Virus record (IMG/VR): IMGVR_UViG_2974499353_000001
Location: 40,721 to 104,720 of that record
Direction: 5' to 3' (one strand)
From: a virus
Lineage: Duplodnaviria > Heunggongvirae > Uroviricota > Caudoviricetes > Ackermannviridae
DNA: 64,000 nucleotides
This document shows positions 1 through 8,693 of this stretch, piece by piece. How positions within the stretch are numbered: the stretch's first letter is position 1; every line of letters begins with the position of its first letter. The translations under genes were made by a program, and so were the position numbers. Below the pieces are notes generated by a model, which saw only the letters and a list, made by a program, of their open reading frames with translations, did not search any database and had not been told where the DNA came from.

Positions 1-320
1 CTGAATATGAAACGCGCAGCCTCGCCAGCGATTTTCTTCCTTTGGGTATTACTGATGCTCTTGCTTCCGGAGACTGGGAAACCGCTGCGTCAAAAGCCGG
101 ACAGCTGTATAAAAAGATCAAAGAAGGAAACTTCACAGGTGAAGCCCTGCTGGCTTATAAGCAACTCGATCAGCTTGTAAACAATCTGGCTGGTATCAGC
201 TTGGCTGATTTCGAAAGGATCTCTATCGGCATCCAGAGGGATATATTAGGCAATGATAACCTGACGGCGTCTGAGAAGAGTAGTCTGTTGGGATTGTTAC
301 AGGATGTTGTCAAAAACTAA
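1..320 (+). CDS. Hypothetical protein, 5'-truncated by the window edge. The frame is open from base 3; the track ORF 42..320 starts at an internal TTG.
   Basis: Open reading frame with no stop codon back to the window start. Ends at a bidirectional hairpin terminator at about 321..343 that it shares with the convergent gp32 gene. Confidence 0.4.
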   Translation, partial: EYETRSLASDFLPLGITDALASGDWETAASKAGQLYKKIKEGNFTGEALLAYKQLDQLVNNLAGISLADFERISIGIQRDILGNDNLTASEKSSLLGLLQDVVKN

Positions 321-347
321 AAAGCCCCCGAAGGGGCTTTAGTGAAA

Positions 348-1379
348 TTAGTCTTGCTTCAGGAACTGCTCGAACTCATCAATGGAAGCCGTCTGTTTCG
401 CATCGGCACCACCATTATTGGCTGGAACAGATTGCTGTGCATTAGAAGGCTGAGATTGTTGTTGGTTCAGACTTTCCTGCGCTGTTGGGCGCTGGGGTTC
501 CTGAGACTGGGTAGGCGCATGTGCCATAGTAGAAGCACCACCTTCAACCAGAGGCTGATTATCAGGGATGGCCAGAACTTTGCGCAAACGTTTTTCCAGA
601 TCTTCGTACGATTTGAAGTTGGCCGGATTAAAGAACTCAAACAAGCTGTGCTCTTTTTCCCAGATCTCTTCAATGTATTCGTCGGTTCCCAGCGGTGCTG
701 GATTATCCCACTTCACGTTGGTGAAGTTGGCAACCAGGCCTTTCCAGTTTCCGAACTCTTTCTCTTCGCCGTACAGATTCAGAATCAGATTCGCGCCTTC
801 CCACATATCGAACGGGTCGAATTTCGGGTCGGTTGAGAACTTAGGATTCTGAGCCGAATCCAGGATTTTCTTGACGGCATTACCGAACTCAAGCAAGAAG
901 ACCTTGCCGTTGTTTTCCGGATTGTTGCCATCTTTGATCACCAGGATGTTGGCGTAGTATTTGGTGTCCGGCAGACGCTTTTTGAGAACTGTTTTCAGCT
1001 TTTCATCATTCGTTTCTTTCTGTTGTGCCCACAGAGGACGGTCATGGTCACGAACAGGATCATCGTTACCGAAAGTCTGCGGAGAGTTTTCGATATACCA
1101 ACCACCAGCGCCCTGGAATGCGTGTTTCATGATCATGGCACACGGAGTTAACACAGCATCTTCAGGGATGGTGCCTTCTTCTTTAGCCTTCATGTCCACC
1201 AAAGGGATCGACAGGAAACGAATGATGTTTTCAGAAGTACCCTTGTCATTCCAGGTCCACTTCCAGATGCGTGGGTCACGACCGCCACCAACACGCTGGC
1301 CTTGCTGAGCGAGTCGCTGTTGCATAGCTTCGGCTTGTTGGCCACGAGATTGTTTAAGACGATCAAATAAATTACCCAT
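348..1379 (-). CDS. 32: Single-stranded DNA-binding protein gp32
   Basis: Similar to T4 gp32 (YANILVIKDGNNPENNGKVFLL versus T4 [21 protein letters not shown], and WEGANLILNL versus T4 CPWEGANFVLKV). Acidic C-terminal tail. SD GAGGAA upstream of the ATG. Confidence 0.9.
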   Translation of the reverse strand: MGNLFDRLKQSRGQQAEAMQQRLAQQGQRVGGGRDPRIWKWTWNDKGTSENIIRFLSIPLVDMKAKEEGTIPEDAVLTPCAMIMKHAFQGAGGWYIENSPQTFGNDDPVRDHDRPLWAQQKETNDEKLKTVLKKRLPDTKYYANILVIKDGNNPENNGKVFLLEFGNAVKKILDSAQNPKFSTDPKFDPFDMWEGANLILNLYGEEKEFGNWKGLVANFTNVKWDNPAPLGTDEYIEEIWEKEHSLFEFFNPANFKSYEDLEKRLRKVLAIPDNQPLVEGGASTMAHAPTQSQEPQRPTAQESLNQQQSQPSNAQQSVPANNGGADAKQTASIDEFEQFLKQD

Positions 1380-1475
1380 TTTAATATTCCTCTATAATCC
1401 GCCCCTTCGGGCTATTCTGTAAATGTATTTGTCAATTATTCCGACGGTGTAATTATACTGCGTTTTGCTATTGAG

Positions 1476-1715
1476 TTAACCCGCAATCATTTGTTTTGCT
1501 GGGTCTATTTCAATAATGTCGTACACATCCGAGAAGGTTTTGTGTCCTTCCAAGAATGTATGGTATTCGATGACATAGGATTTACCTTCCGGCGTCGTGT
1601 AACGTACACGATCCATATCATCAGCATGTTCATTGAGGCTACCGTGACGCCAGCGGATAGAACCTGGCAGATACTCTTGCGCCTTCAACATTTTATAGAT
1701 TTGCTCTTTGCTCAT
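1476..1715 (-). CDS. Hypothetical protein (79 aa)
   Basis: Clean ORF, packed co-directionally with its neighbours. No recognisable motif. Confidence 0.45.
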   Translation of the reverse strand: MSKEQIYKMLKAQEYLPGSIRWRHGSLNEHADDMDRVRYTTPEGKSYVIEYHTFLEGHKTFSDVYDIIEIDPAKQMIAG

Positions 1716-1724
1716 GTTACAACC

Positions 1725-1967
1725 TTAAATGAGTTTTTTAGATTTCAATTCACCCTTCAACAACCGAGCATCAGAACATTCAGCTGTTAGCCTTGACAGA
1801 AGAGGAGGCGTGATCAATTTTTTGACCTTTGCTTCTTCGATGTCATACTCTTCACAAACACTGGCCATCGTTTCAAGGATTGATTCCTTGCGTTGGCTTG
1901 CTCTCATCAACACCAATTCGGAAAAAGAATCTGGTGTGAGCACTTGTGCTATTTGTTGATCAGACAT
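1725..1967 (-). CDS. Hypothetical protein (about 80 aa). Start moved to the internal ATG (MSDQQ), which has SD AAGGGG.
   Basis: ORF track plus a Shine-Dalgarno sequence 9 nt upstream of the internal ATG. No motif. Confidence 0.4.
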   Translation of the reverse strand: MSDQQIAQVLTPDSFSELVLMRASQRKESILETMASVCEEYDIEEAKVKKLITPPLLSRLTAECSDARLLKGELKSKKLI

Positions 1968-2205
1968 CGATTGTATTCCCCTTCCCTGATTGCTTCTTAA
2001 TATGACGCAAAACGTCTTTGAAGCCATCAGGCGCGGACTGAGGACCACGAACACCAGATACGATCTTTGGTGCTCCGATAATCATTTTTATTTCGCCGCC
2101 ACATTCAGAACATGGCTCTAATTCAGGCGTGTGACGTTCAGCACAAGATTTTCGAGCACTAAACGAATTTCCACAACCTGTACAGGCATAATCATAAAAC
2201 GGCAT
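1960..2205 (-). CDS. FmdB-family zinc-ribbon protein (about 81 aa)
   Basis: N-terminal MPFYDYACTGCG followed by a downstream CSECGG. This is the typical FmdB CxxC...CxxC ribbon. GGAGG SD 7 nt upstream. Confidence 0.5.
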   Translation of the reverse strand: MPFYDYACTGCGNSFSARKSCAERHTPELEPCSECGGEIKMIIGAPKIVSGVRGPQSAPDGFKDVLRHIKKQSGKGNTIDV

Positions 2206-2488
2206 GAATCGCCTCCAATACGTGTCGTAGAAATATAATAACTGCTCCCACCAGCGTAGAAAACAGGACAATCCTGCTTGCTTTATCACGCAGCAAAACA
2301 TATTCGGCCAACATATCAGATTGATTTGCAGCTCTTACATTGACGTCACTATGTGGTGAAACCGCATAGAAAGATACCATGGCACTTAATGAATGAAGGA
2401 ATGTCAAGAATCCCTTAATCCAAACAAACGCCGTCATCAACAGCAAGGCGAAAAGCAGTATATCTGCCAGCAGCCAGTAGTTAATCAT
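2192..2488 (-). CDS. Small membrane protein (98 aa, 2 to 3 predicted transmembrane helices)
   Basis: Hydrophobic stretches LLADILLFALLLMTAFVWI and IVLFSTLVGAVIIFL. Confidence 0.45.
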   Translation of the reverse strand: MINYWLLADILLFALLLMTAFVWIKGFLTFLHSLSAMVSFYAVSPHSDVNVRAANQSDMLAEYVLLRDKASRIVLFSTLVGAVIIFLRHVLEAIHAVL

Positions 2489-3092
2489 TTCTTACACCTC
2501 TATTGAAATCAGGATAATTTTCTATGAAGTAAGGACCAGAAACCATATTTGCAAACGAATCCACGAGGTCATCGATTGGCTTTGGATCCTTCACATCCAA
2601 CATGTCCATTATACCGCGCATCTTAACGTTGAACAGCTTCTCAAAGTGATCTATCATGACCAATTTGTCGGCATTTCCTTTACCACAAAAATGTTTCTTA
2701 ACAAAAGACGGGGTAACAATCTGAAATTCCATATTGTTACGGCGCATCGCTTGTTTCAATAGAGATGTGTTCTCGGCGGTTTGGCATATGTTGTTGGAGT
2801 TTTTTGAATTCCCCATAGCATAGCCTTCTAGGGTGATGAAATCCGGCTTCTCTGTAAGAAGTACGGCTTCAGCCCATTTGGAAATGTTATAAAACCGTTC
2901 TTCGGGGGATTCATATTTGGGTTGACGTAAAATAAGAATATTGTGTCGCACTTGACGACAGTGCTTCTCAACGGTATGATGTGCATAGAAATGAAGATGA
3001 TCAAAATCCAGAGGATCTTTGTCGTCCCAGAAGCACATGGCTGGACAGCCGTAAGAATAGTCGATTCCGCAAAATTTCATAAAAATACCCAT
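2481..3092 (-). CDS. Putative RNase-H-fold nuclease, possibly a RuvC-like resolvase
   Basis: N-terminal motif FCGIDYSYGCPA resembles the RuvC/YqgF GID catalytic start. Later acidic residues (ITLEGY, MIDHFE). Weak assignment. Confidence 0.35.
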   Translation of the reverse strand: MGIFMKFCGIDYSYGCPAMCFWDDKDPLDFDHLHFYAHHTVEKHCRQVRHNILILRQPKYESPEERFYNISKWAEAVLLTEKPDFITLEGYAMGNSKNSNNICQTAENTSLLKQAMRRNNMEFQIVTPSFVKKHFCGKGNADKLVMIDHFEKLFNVKMRGIMDMLDVKDPKPIDDLVDSFANMVSGPYFIENYPDFNRGVRND

Positions 3093-3129
3093 AACGAAGT
3101 TTCATTGTGTTATGGGTATTTAGACCGGA

Positions 3130-3615
3130 TTATCTGGTGACGATTTTGCTTTCCGGTAAAATCAGGCGAGGTTTGGAGTCCATTTCTTCTTGCATCTGAC
3201 GTATCTGTTGCAGTAATGCAGAAGTGTCCACATGACGTTTGATCCCCCGCGCTTCATCACCATATGACACATGGCCGTTGGCGTCCACATAATGCGCGGT
3301 GCAAACCATCAAAACATAACCCAACTCACCAACGGCAACCGTTAAATCAACCACTTCGGAAGCCAAAGATTCTCCGTCAACACTGAGATTGGGTGAATAA
3401 TGGATTTTACCATCAGCCATAAATTCGCTATTCAGCATAATCATGCCAGCGATCGTTTGTACAACGGGGTTCCCCTGATCATCAGCAACGAAACCGTCGA
3501 ATGCGCCTTCAAACCCTGGCGCAATTTCTCCCTTTTCATTTGTGATCACAGCGCGAAGGCGTTGAAGGATGACGTCTTGTACCTGCTGAATATCAGCGCG
3601 TTCTACGTTTGGCAT
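3130..3615 (-). CDS. Hypothetical protein (about 162 aa). Start moved to the ATG that has SD GGAGAA.
   Basis: ORF track plus SD. No motif recognised. Confidence 0.45.
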   Translation of the reverse strand: MPNVERADIQQVQDVILQRLRAVITNEKGEIAPGFEGAFDGFVADDQGNPVVQTIAGMIMLNSEFMADGKIHYSPNLSVDGESLASEVVDLTVAVGELGYVLMVCTAHYVDANGHVSYGDEARGIKRHVDTSALLQQIRQMQEEMDSKPRLILPESKIVTR

Positions 3616-4117
3616 TATTGTTCTCCAGTTCATAATCCCGTTCTTTAACATATTCATAAAGACGAGAAGTAATTCGGTCGGCATTGCCTGTGGTATTCTT
3701 CACAACCCAACCGCTCGTAAGGACATCCATTTTATATCCACAATCATTATCTTGAAAATAACTTTTAATTGATTCAAGCCGACGACGTTTATGAAAATAT
3801 GGTATTAATTCGCCAATGATGACACAATCGGGATAATGCTTATCCAGAGTGTTTATGTCTCGTTGCACCCAAACCGGAATAACATCATCATCTTCAATTG
3901 GGCTGTACGTTGGATCAACGATAATCACATTGAATCCATAATTCAATAAATCTTTAACTCCCAGCCACCCGAATTTCATATCGGACACGGTCATGGCGAC
4001 ATTCTTTATCCCCAATTTATTTGCAAAATCTGTGAGTAATACAAAAAAGTCCGTGTTTGCATCCGGATAATTAATTGCGAGTTGCTCCCCCACTTTACTG
4101 AAACAGAACGCGTGCAT
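3593..4117 (-). CDS. Hypothetical protein (174 aa)
   Basis: Clean ORF. No motif recognised. Confidence 0.5.
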   Translation of the reverse strand: MHAFCFSKVGEQLAINYPDANTDFFVLLTDFANKLGIKNVAMTVSDMKFGWLGVKDLLNYGFNVIIVDPTYSPIEDDDVIPVWVQRDINTLDKHYPDCVIIGELIPYFHKRRRLESIKSYFQDNDCGYKMDVLTSGWVVKNTTGNADRITSRLYEYVKERDYELENNNAKRRTR

Positions 4118-4166
4118 TTTCAGTCCTCGTTATAAATACAATTACAATATACCGTGGAGATACATT

Positions 4167-4973
4167 ATGAATTTACCATCATTGCCCAAAACTGAGAGAA
4201 CACATAAAAGTGATTTCTGGCCGACTGTGATCAAATACCGCGCCTTTACAGCAGGGCAACAGACCATGTTACTTCAGGTTGCTGATCCGAACACTCCTAT
4301 GAGTGAGCGCGTGGCAACATTGGAGCAACTATTTGACAGTTGTGTTGATGCTGGCGTTCCCTTTAGTAAACTGCCAATCGGTGTTACTGAAGAAGTATTT
4401 TTAAAGATGCGCTGTATATCTATCGGCGAGGTCATGAAGATACGTTACAAATGTAATAACAAAGTTCAAGCCGAAACCAATGAAGGTGGTGAAGAACCAG
4501 TTTCTGGCCTTAAAGATTGTGGTCAAGAGCTTGTGTTACCGATCCCGCTCAATCAGGTAAAATGCGTGTCCCCAGAAGGCTTCAGGGAGACGTTTGATCT
4601 ACCAGGTGGTTATCATATAAAGATGCGCCAGCCGTCCTTCTCGGATGCCTCAGTGCTTAATGAAGCATCCTCTGTTGAACAAATGATTGCCACCTTTATC
4701 GATTGTCTGTATGACGACGATGGTCAGGTTTGGAAGGTGGAAAATCCGGCTGAACCTGGTATCGATCCAGAAGTTGCTAAAGAACGCCAACGCATTAAGG
4801 ATGAATTTGTCAAATGGGTCGGGGACAATATTGAATCTGAGATTGTTCAGGACATTTCGAATGATTTCTTTAAAAAGATTCCGCGTATTCGTTACGCGAC
4901 AAAAATTAAATGCCCTTCGTGTGGGAAAGAACACGAAGTCAAATTTAACAGTGTCACCGAGATTTTCATTTAA
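4167..4973 (+). CDS. Hypothetical Cys-rich protein with a C-terminal zinc ribbon (CPSCGKEH)
   Basis: One of the few plus-strand genes. Several Cys pairs. Followed by a 500-bp noncoding region and then gp5. A baseplate-associated role is inferred from position only. Confidence 0.55.
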   Translation: MNLPSLPKTERTHKSDFWPTVIKYRAFTAGQQTMLLQVADPNTPMSERVATLEQLFDSCVDAGVPFSKLPIGVTEEVFLKMRCISIGEVMKIRYKCNNKVQAETNEGGEEPVSGLKDCGQELVLPIPLNQVKCVSPEGFRETFDLPGGYHIKMRQPSFSDASVLNEASSVEQMIATFIDCLYDDDGQVWKVENPAEPGIDPEVAKERQRIKDEFVKWVGDNIESEIVQDISNDFFKKIPRIRYATKIKCPSCGKEHEVKFNSVTEIFI

Positions 4974-5122
4974 TTTTTGAAATTGATTTACTCTCCTATT
5001 TTGTGATGTGTGACGAATTAAAGGCACACGGCTATAGCATATTTGAAATCAGTGAATCGATGCCGTGGCATCTTGATTTGCTTACCGAGACACTGAAAAT
5101 TAGATTGTCTAAGAAATCTTCC

Positions 5123-5150
5123 AACCCCACGTAATGTGGGGTTTTCTTTG
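5123..5150 (+). terminator. Rho-independent terminator (AACCCCACGTAATGTGGGGTT followed by a T run)
   Basis: GC-rich perfect hairpin followed by TTTCTTTG. Confidence 0.7.
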
Positions 5151-5394
5151 CTTACCTGTTTTATAGGTTAAGACAGGAACGTTTAACCTTAAATTGCTAT
5201 AACACCGTTGTTGCTGAAGTAAGTGTTGTGTAATTGGGGTTTGAATTTGTTTTGAAGCAAAAATAATCCTTTTCTACGCATGTTCTGAGGTGTACAGTAT
5301 TTTCCTCGCCTTTATGCCTCCATGGCATTGGAATGGGACTGCCTGTCAAGGCGGTGTTACGAGCTTCAGCGAGTAGGAACGAAAAGAATAAAGG

Positions 5395-5421
5395 TTGAAC
5401 GGAAGCAGAGCTTCCTATAAT
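5395..5421 (+). promoter_or_regulatory. Sigma70-like promoter upstream of gene 5 (TTGAAC, about 15-nt spacer, TATAAT)
   Basis: Hexamers read directly. The spacer is short, so confidence is moderate. Confidence 0.4.
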
Positions 5422-5450
5422 ATATTATTCGACAGATTTCAAATCCCCGC

Positions 5451-5458
5451 CATAAATA
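5451..5458 (+). promoter_or_regulatory. T4-type late promoter-like box CATAAATA, about 22 nt upstream of the gp5 ATG
   Basis: Near match to the T4 late consensus TATAAATA at the expected distance. Confidence 0.45.
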
Positions 5459-5479
5459 TCACATGATTCTAATTGACTA

Positions 5480-7105
5480 ATGGGTTTCAATATGTTAGAC
5501 AACTTGCGTTGGTTTTACGGGCGCGTTGAAGACGTGAATGATCCCGATCAAAACGGGCGCGTCGCAGTACGCATCTATGGGGTACACACGGAGGATACCA
5601 CTCTTCTGCCTACCGAATTATTGCCTTGGGGTAAAATGCTTATGCCAGCATCTAACGCCTCCTCGGCAGGTTTAGGCTGGTCTCCGACGGGTATCACTGT
5701 CGGCTCTGACGTTATGGGGTTTGCTTTGGATGAAGCATATCAGAACATCCGTATTGCATGGGTATGGCCAGCAGCAACACCAACAGATGGGTCAGATACA
5801 AACCCATTGGCGCTGGGTCAGGTCGTTCAATCTATAGAAAGACAGAAGTATAATGCCGTCGAGAATGTTCCTGTTAAGATTGAGGATGAACCACAACCGG
5901 ATCCACAACCACCAGTAGACGGATATGATCCTGAGAAGTGGATGACCGTGGCTCGTGGGGAATTGGGCGTCAAAGAATATTCTGGTAAGTTCAATAACAA
6001 CCCAAGGATATTGGAATATCATAAGACAACTTCCCTGGGGGCGTCAGAAGATGAAGTTAGTTGGTGTGCGTCGTTCGTTGGGTGGGTCCTGATACAGGCC
6101 GGATATACATCAACACGTTCTGCTTTGGCTCGTTCATATCTACAATGGGGGTCTCCTCTGTCAGAACCACGTTACGGCGCTGTTGTAGTGTTCCGGCGCG
6201 GGAACAACCCGACATTCGGTCACGTTGCATTCGTTCAGAAATTTGACGCCAACTACGTTTGGTGTATCGGGGGAAACCAATCCGATTCTGTGAAGGTGAG
6301 CCGTTTTAGCCGCTCATCCGTGTTGGGTTATCGTTGGCCAGGTCCAGCAACTACAGCTTCAGCAGCTCCGGCACAACAAAACGGTAAATGGTCTGAACCT
6401 ATTCCAGATCGTACCCCGAAAGTCCAAGAAACACCGCCTCCTTCTGGTCGTGTTCAGGATATTGACAACACAGGAGAGGTATCGGTTCCTTCGGCTGGAG
6501 GGTCTCGTTATCCATACAACAATGTTATGGCTTCTCGAGCTGGGCATATTATGGAGGTCGATGACACTCCAGGCGGGGAACGTTTGCATTGGATGCACTC
6601 TTCTGGGTCTTACAAGCAAATGCTTCCTGACGGTGATGTTGTTAATAAATCAGTCAAAGATCATTATGACCTGACGATGTTCGACAAACGTTATTATGTG
6701 GGGGGTGATCATAACCTGACAATTGGTGGGACTGAAGTACAGCGCAAGAAAGGAGAAGTTTACCACTTACACTCTTCTAACTATTCCAATGTGGTCGCTG
6801 GAACAGCGTTGATGAAATTTTCCCAATTGGCTGAGATACAGGCACAGAACGTGTTGCGTCTCATCTGTGAAATGTTGGAAGTTTCCAATACTTTGAAAGT
6901 GCCTAAAATACTGGCTAGTGAAATAGTTTGTGATAAGTTGTCGGTGGCGCAGACTATTGAAGGCAACATCAAATATGCTGAAGGCGCTGGCCGCGCCGCC
7001 TCACGTGCGGGGGCAACTCCTGTAACAACTACAGGCCCAGGTCCAATTGATATAAAACCGGAGTTAGAGGATAACGGCGGCAATTTTGGTGGTAAAGGCG
7101 CATGA
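5480..7105 (+). CDS. 5: Baseplate central hub/spike protein gp5 homolog. Carries a CHAP peptidoglycan-hydrolase domain in place of the T4 lysozyme domain.
   Basis: N-terminal OB domain similar to T4 gp5 (NLRWFYGRVEDVNDPDQNGRVAVRIYGVHTED versus T4 NLNWFVGVVEDVMDPSLIGRVRVRVHGLHSPD). The middle region has CHAP motifs SWCASFVGW (catalytic Cys) and GHVAFV (catalytic His). The C-terminus is helical rather than a long beta-helix. Confidence 0.85.
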   Translation: MGFNMLDNLRWFYGRVEDVNDPDQNGRVAVRIYGVHTEDTTLLPTELLPWGKMLMPASNASSAGLGWSPTGITVGSDVMGFALDEAYQNIRIAWVWPAATPTDGSDTNPLALGQVVQSIERQKYNAVENVPVKIEDEPQPDPQPPVDGYDPEKWMTVARGELGVKEYSGKFNNNPRILEYHKTTSLGASEDEVSWCASFVGWVLIQAGYTSTRSALARSYLQWGSPLSEPRYGAVVVFRRGNNPTFGHVAFVQKFDANYVWCIGGNQSDSVKVSRFSRSSVLGYRWPGPATTASAAPAQQNGKWSEPIPDRTPKVQETPPPSGRVQDIDNTGEVSVPSAGGSRYPYNNVMASRAGHIMEVDDTPGGERLHWMHSSGSYKQMLPDGDVVNKSVKDHYDLTMFDKRYYVGGDHNLTIGGTEVQRKKGEVYHLHSSNYSNVVAGTALMKFSQLAEIQAQNVLRLICEMLEVSNTLKVPKILASEIVCDKLSVAQTIEGNIKYAEGAGRAASRAGATPVTTTGPGPIDIKPELEDNGGNFGGKGA

Positions 7106-7116
7106 TTACACTGGTG

Positions 7117-7135
7117 AGGGCAGATAATGCCCTCT
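7117..7135 (+). terminator. Stem-loop (GAGGGCAGATAATGCCCTC) after the gp5 stop. Possible attenuator or processing site; no T run follows.
   Basis: Perfect 7-bp stem. Confidence 0.35.
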
Positions 7136-7166
7136 CGTGCTGGAGAGGCAATATCCAAAGGGGTTT

Positions 7167-7550
7167 AACATGAAAGAGTACAAGGACATTGACCTGAAGT
7201 TTGGCATGCATCCGGTCACCAAAGATGTCACTAAGAAAACAGGCATTTATGCTGTACTACAATCTGTGCGTAATATAGTGATGGCGACGGTAGGTGATTG
7301 GCCGACGTATCCGAGTATTGGGGCGGGGTTGTATACCATGCTGGGAGAAAATACAAATCCCACGATACAGGTCGACGTGAAGAACAAAGTTGAAGATGCC
7401 ATTGCTCTTTTTGAGCCAAGAGCTGAATTGCAATCTGTTGATGTATCATTGTCGGACGATTATCATTCTCTGGGCGTAACCATCACGTTCTATGTGGTCA
7501 ACAACCCAGAGCCGATAACAGACACCATATGGTTGAAACGGACAAATTGA
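7167..7550 (+). CDS. 25: Baseplate wedge protein gp25 (GPW/gp25 family)
   Basis: Pattern similar to T4 gp25 (QSVRNIVMATVGDWPTYPSIGAGL, and the C-terminal LGVTITFYVVNNPEPI versus T4 LIVEIRFSVIDNPDDI). SD AAAGGGG upstream of the internal ATG at 7167. Confidence 0.75.
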   Translation, partial: NMKEYKDIDLKFGMHPVTKDVTKKTGIYAVLQSVRNIVMATVGDWPTYPSIGAGLYTMLGENTNPTIQVDVKNKVEDAIALFEPRAELQSVDVSLSDDYHSLGVTITFYVVNNPEPITDTIWLKRTN

Positions 7551-7889
7551 TTAAAGAACGTCCGTGGCAGAGCATTTTGTCACCAACTCAAAATGAGTTA
7601 ATAAACGATATAATATTTTCCCACCCGTTCTGTGGACTATGGTGGTTGGTTTCAGATTAACCACCATACCGTCCAGATTACCTGTCAACACAAATGTCAG
7701 ACGGATGCGTAAGACGTTGGTGCCTTCAGAACGCATTATTTGGCAGTCATGGCTATATCCTATTTGCTTTCCCTTTAGAACCAGAGGGATACGGACATTT
7801 TCCTTTAACAGAATATCCAAATTTTCAAATAATGGACCTTCCTTTTTGTGAACAGAGTACACTGTTTCTAATATCGGGAATTTGTACAT
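7551..7889 (-). CDS. Hypothetical protein (112 aa)
   Basis: ORF track. Appears beta-rich. No motif. Confidence 0.4.
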   Translation of the reverse strand: MYKFPILETVYSVHKKEGPLFENLDILLKENVRIPLVLKGKQIGYSHDCQIMRSEGTNVLRIRLTFVLTGNLDGMVVNLKPTTIVHRTGGKILYRLLTHFELVTKCSATDVL

Positions 7890-7890
7890 A

Positions 7891-8352
7891 TCACGGCACC
7901 AAAGTAATGACGATCATATTGAGTACTGTATCAACCGCGACACCAGAATCTTCTTCATGGATAGTTGATGCACGTAAATGAATGTCAGAAATATAATTGT
8001 CTATATGCATCGACGTCAAATAAGGACGGTGTTGATACACAGGACGGTTGACCTGAACATATTCACGCAGAATGCTGAATGAAAAGTCTTCACATTGAGT
8101 GGTGTCAATGCGCAAAAATCTTTGAGCATGGCAGGTCTTTAACTCGGTCACTTTCCCCAAATAATGGAGGTCTCCGGATGAACCGATGCGGAACATCACG
8201 TCTACTTCAGATTTGAAAATTTCGCGTTCAATAAGAGTCGCTGGTGCCCAACAAACTTCTTCCTTGTCTTCTGGGAATAACGTATCGATCACTTCAGGCA
8301 ATTGGATGTAACCGAAGTTGTGACGAGGGTTGGTGAGTAATTTGTTGGACAT
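7891..8352 (-). CDS. Hypothetical protein (153 aa)
   Basis: ORF track. I considered and could not support a dUTPase/dCTPase-fold assignment. Confidence 0.45.
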   Translation of the reverse strand: MSNKLLTNPRHNFGYIQLPEVIDTLFPEDKEEVCWAPATLIEREIFKSEVDVMFRIGSSGDLHYLGKVTELKTCHAQRFLRIDTTQCEDFSFSILREYVQVNRPVYQHRPYLTSMHIDNYISDIHLRASTIHEEDSGVAVDTVLNMIVITLVP

Positions 8353-8353
8353 G

Positions 8354-8587
8354 TTATGCTCCTATTACGTGCTGTTTGGCTTGTTCATAGGCTGTGCGGA
8401 GTTCAAGATAAGAATCTGCCAACAACGGTGATTTGTCGTTTTTCCGATTCATGATTATTTGGTGGTTAACGACAGCACGGCGTAATCTGAGTTCTGCCAC
8501 CCAGAATGCTTTTTGTTTTGCGTGTCCTGGACGGGCGCGTAGGTCGTGATAATGCATAGAAGCATGATATATTTCAGAGTTGGTCAT
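8354..8587 (-). CDS. Hypothetical small protein (about 77 aa). Real start at the ATG preceded by the conserved leader TTGAATAGCAGGAACTATATC.
   Basis: The track start is a TTG inside the conserved leader. An early-promoter cassette lies upstream. Confidence 0.45.
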   Translation of the reverse strand: MTNSEIYHASMHYHDLRARPGHAKQKAFWVAELRLRRAVVNHQIIMNRKNDKSPLLADSYLELRTAYEQAKQHVIGA

Positions 8588-8624
8588 GATATAGTTCCTG
8601 CTATTCAATTTGTGGCGTTTGCCA

Positions 8625-8668
8625 ATGAATTACTGGGAAGTATAGGCGGAAAGGTTTCAAAAGTAAAG
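8625..8668 (-). promoter_or_regulatory. Early promoter cassette (hairpin-CTTTAC, 18-nt spacer, TATACT) driving the 8354 gene
   Basis: Minus-strand reading: GGGGCTTTACTTTTGAAACCTTTCCGCC TATACT. Same architecture as the other cassettes. Confidence 0.5.
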
Positions 8669-8687
8669 CCCCTCAATGAGGGGCTTT
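8665..8687. terminator. Bidirectional hairpin AAAGCCCCTCAATGAGGGGCTTT
   Basis: Perfect GC-rich stem flanked by A and T runs. Confidence 0.6.
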
Positions 8688-8693
8688 GAAAGA

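Noticed and set aside
342-1308. Plus-strand ORFs (342..836, 568..852, 961..1308) overlapping the gp32 gene
   Set aside because: They are antisense to a strongly conserved gene, lack SD sequences, and their composition is the mirror of the gp32 codon bias. Antisense artefacts.
4974-5479. tRNA gene in the long intergenic region
   Set aside because: No acceptor-stem pairing and no canonical T-loop (GTTCRANYC) could be found by eye. Only a GATTTCAAATCC fragment is present. Needs tRNAscan-SE.
7551-8352. dCTPase (gp56) or dUTPase assignment for the 112-aa and 153-aa ORFs
   Set aside because: The position near the nrd genes was suggestive, but I could not locate the five dUTPase motifs. Left as hypothetical.
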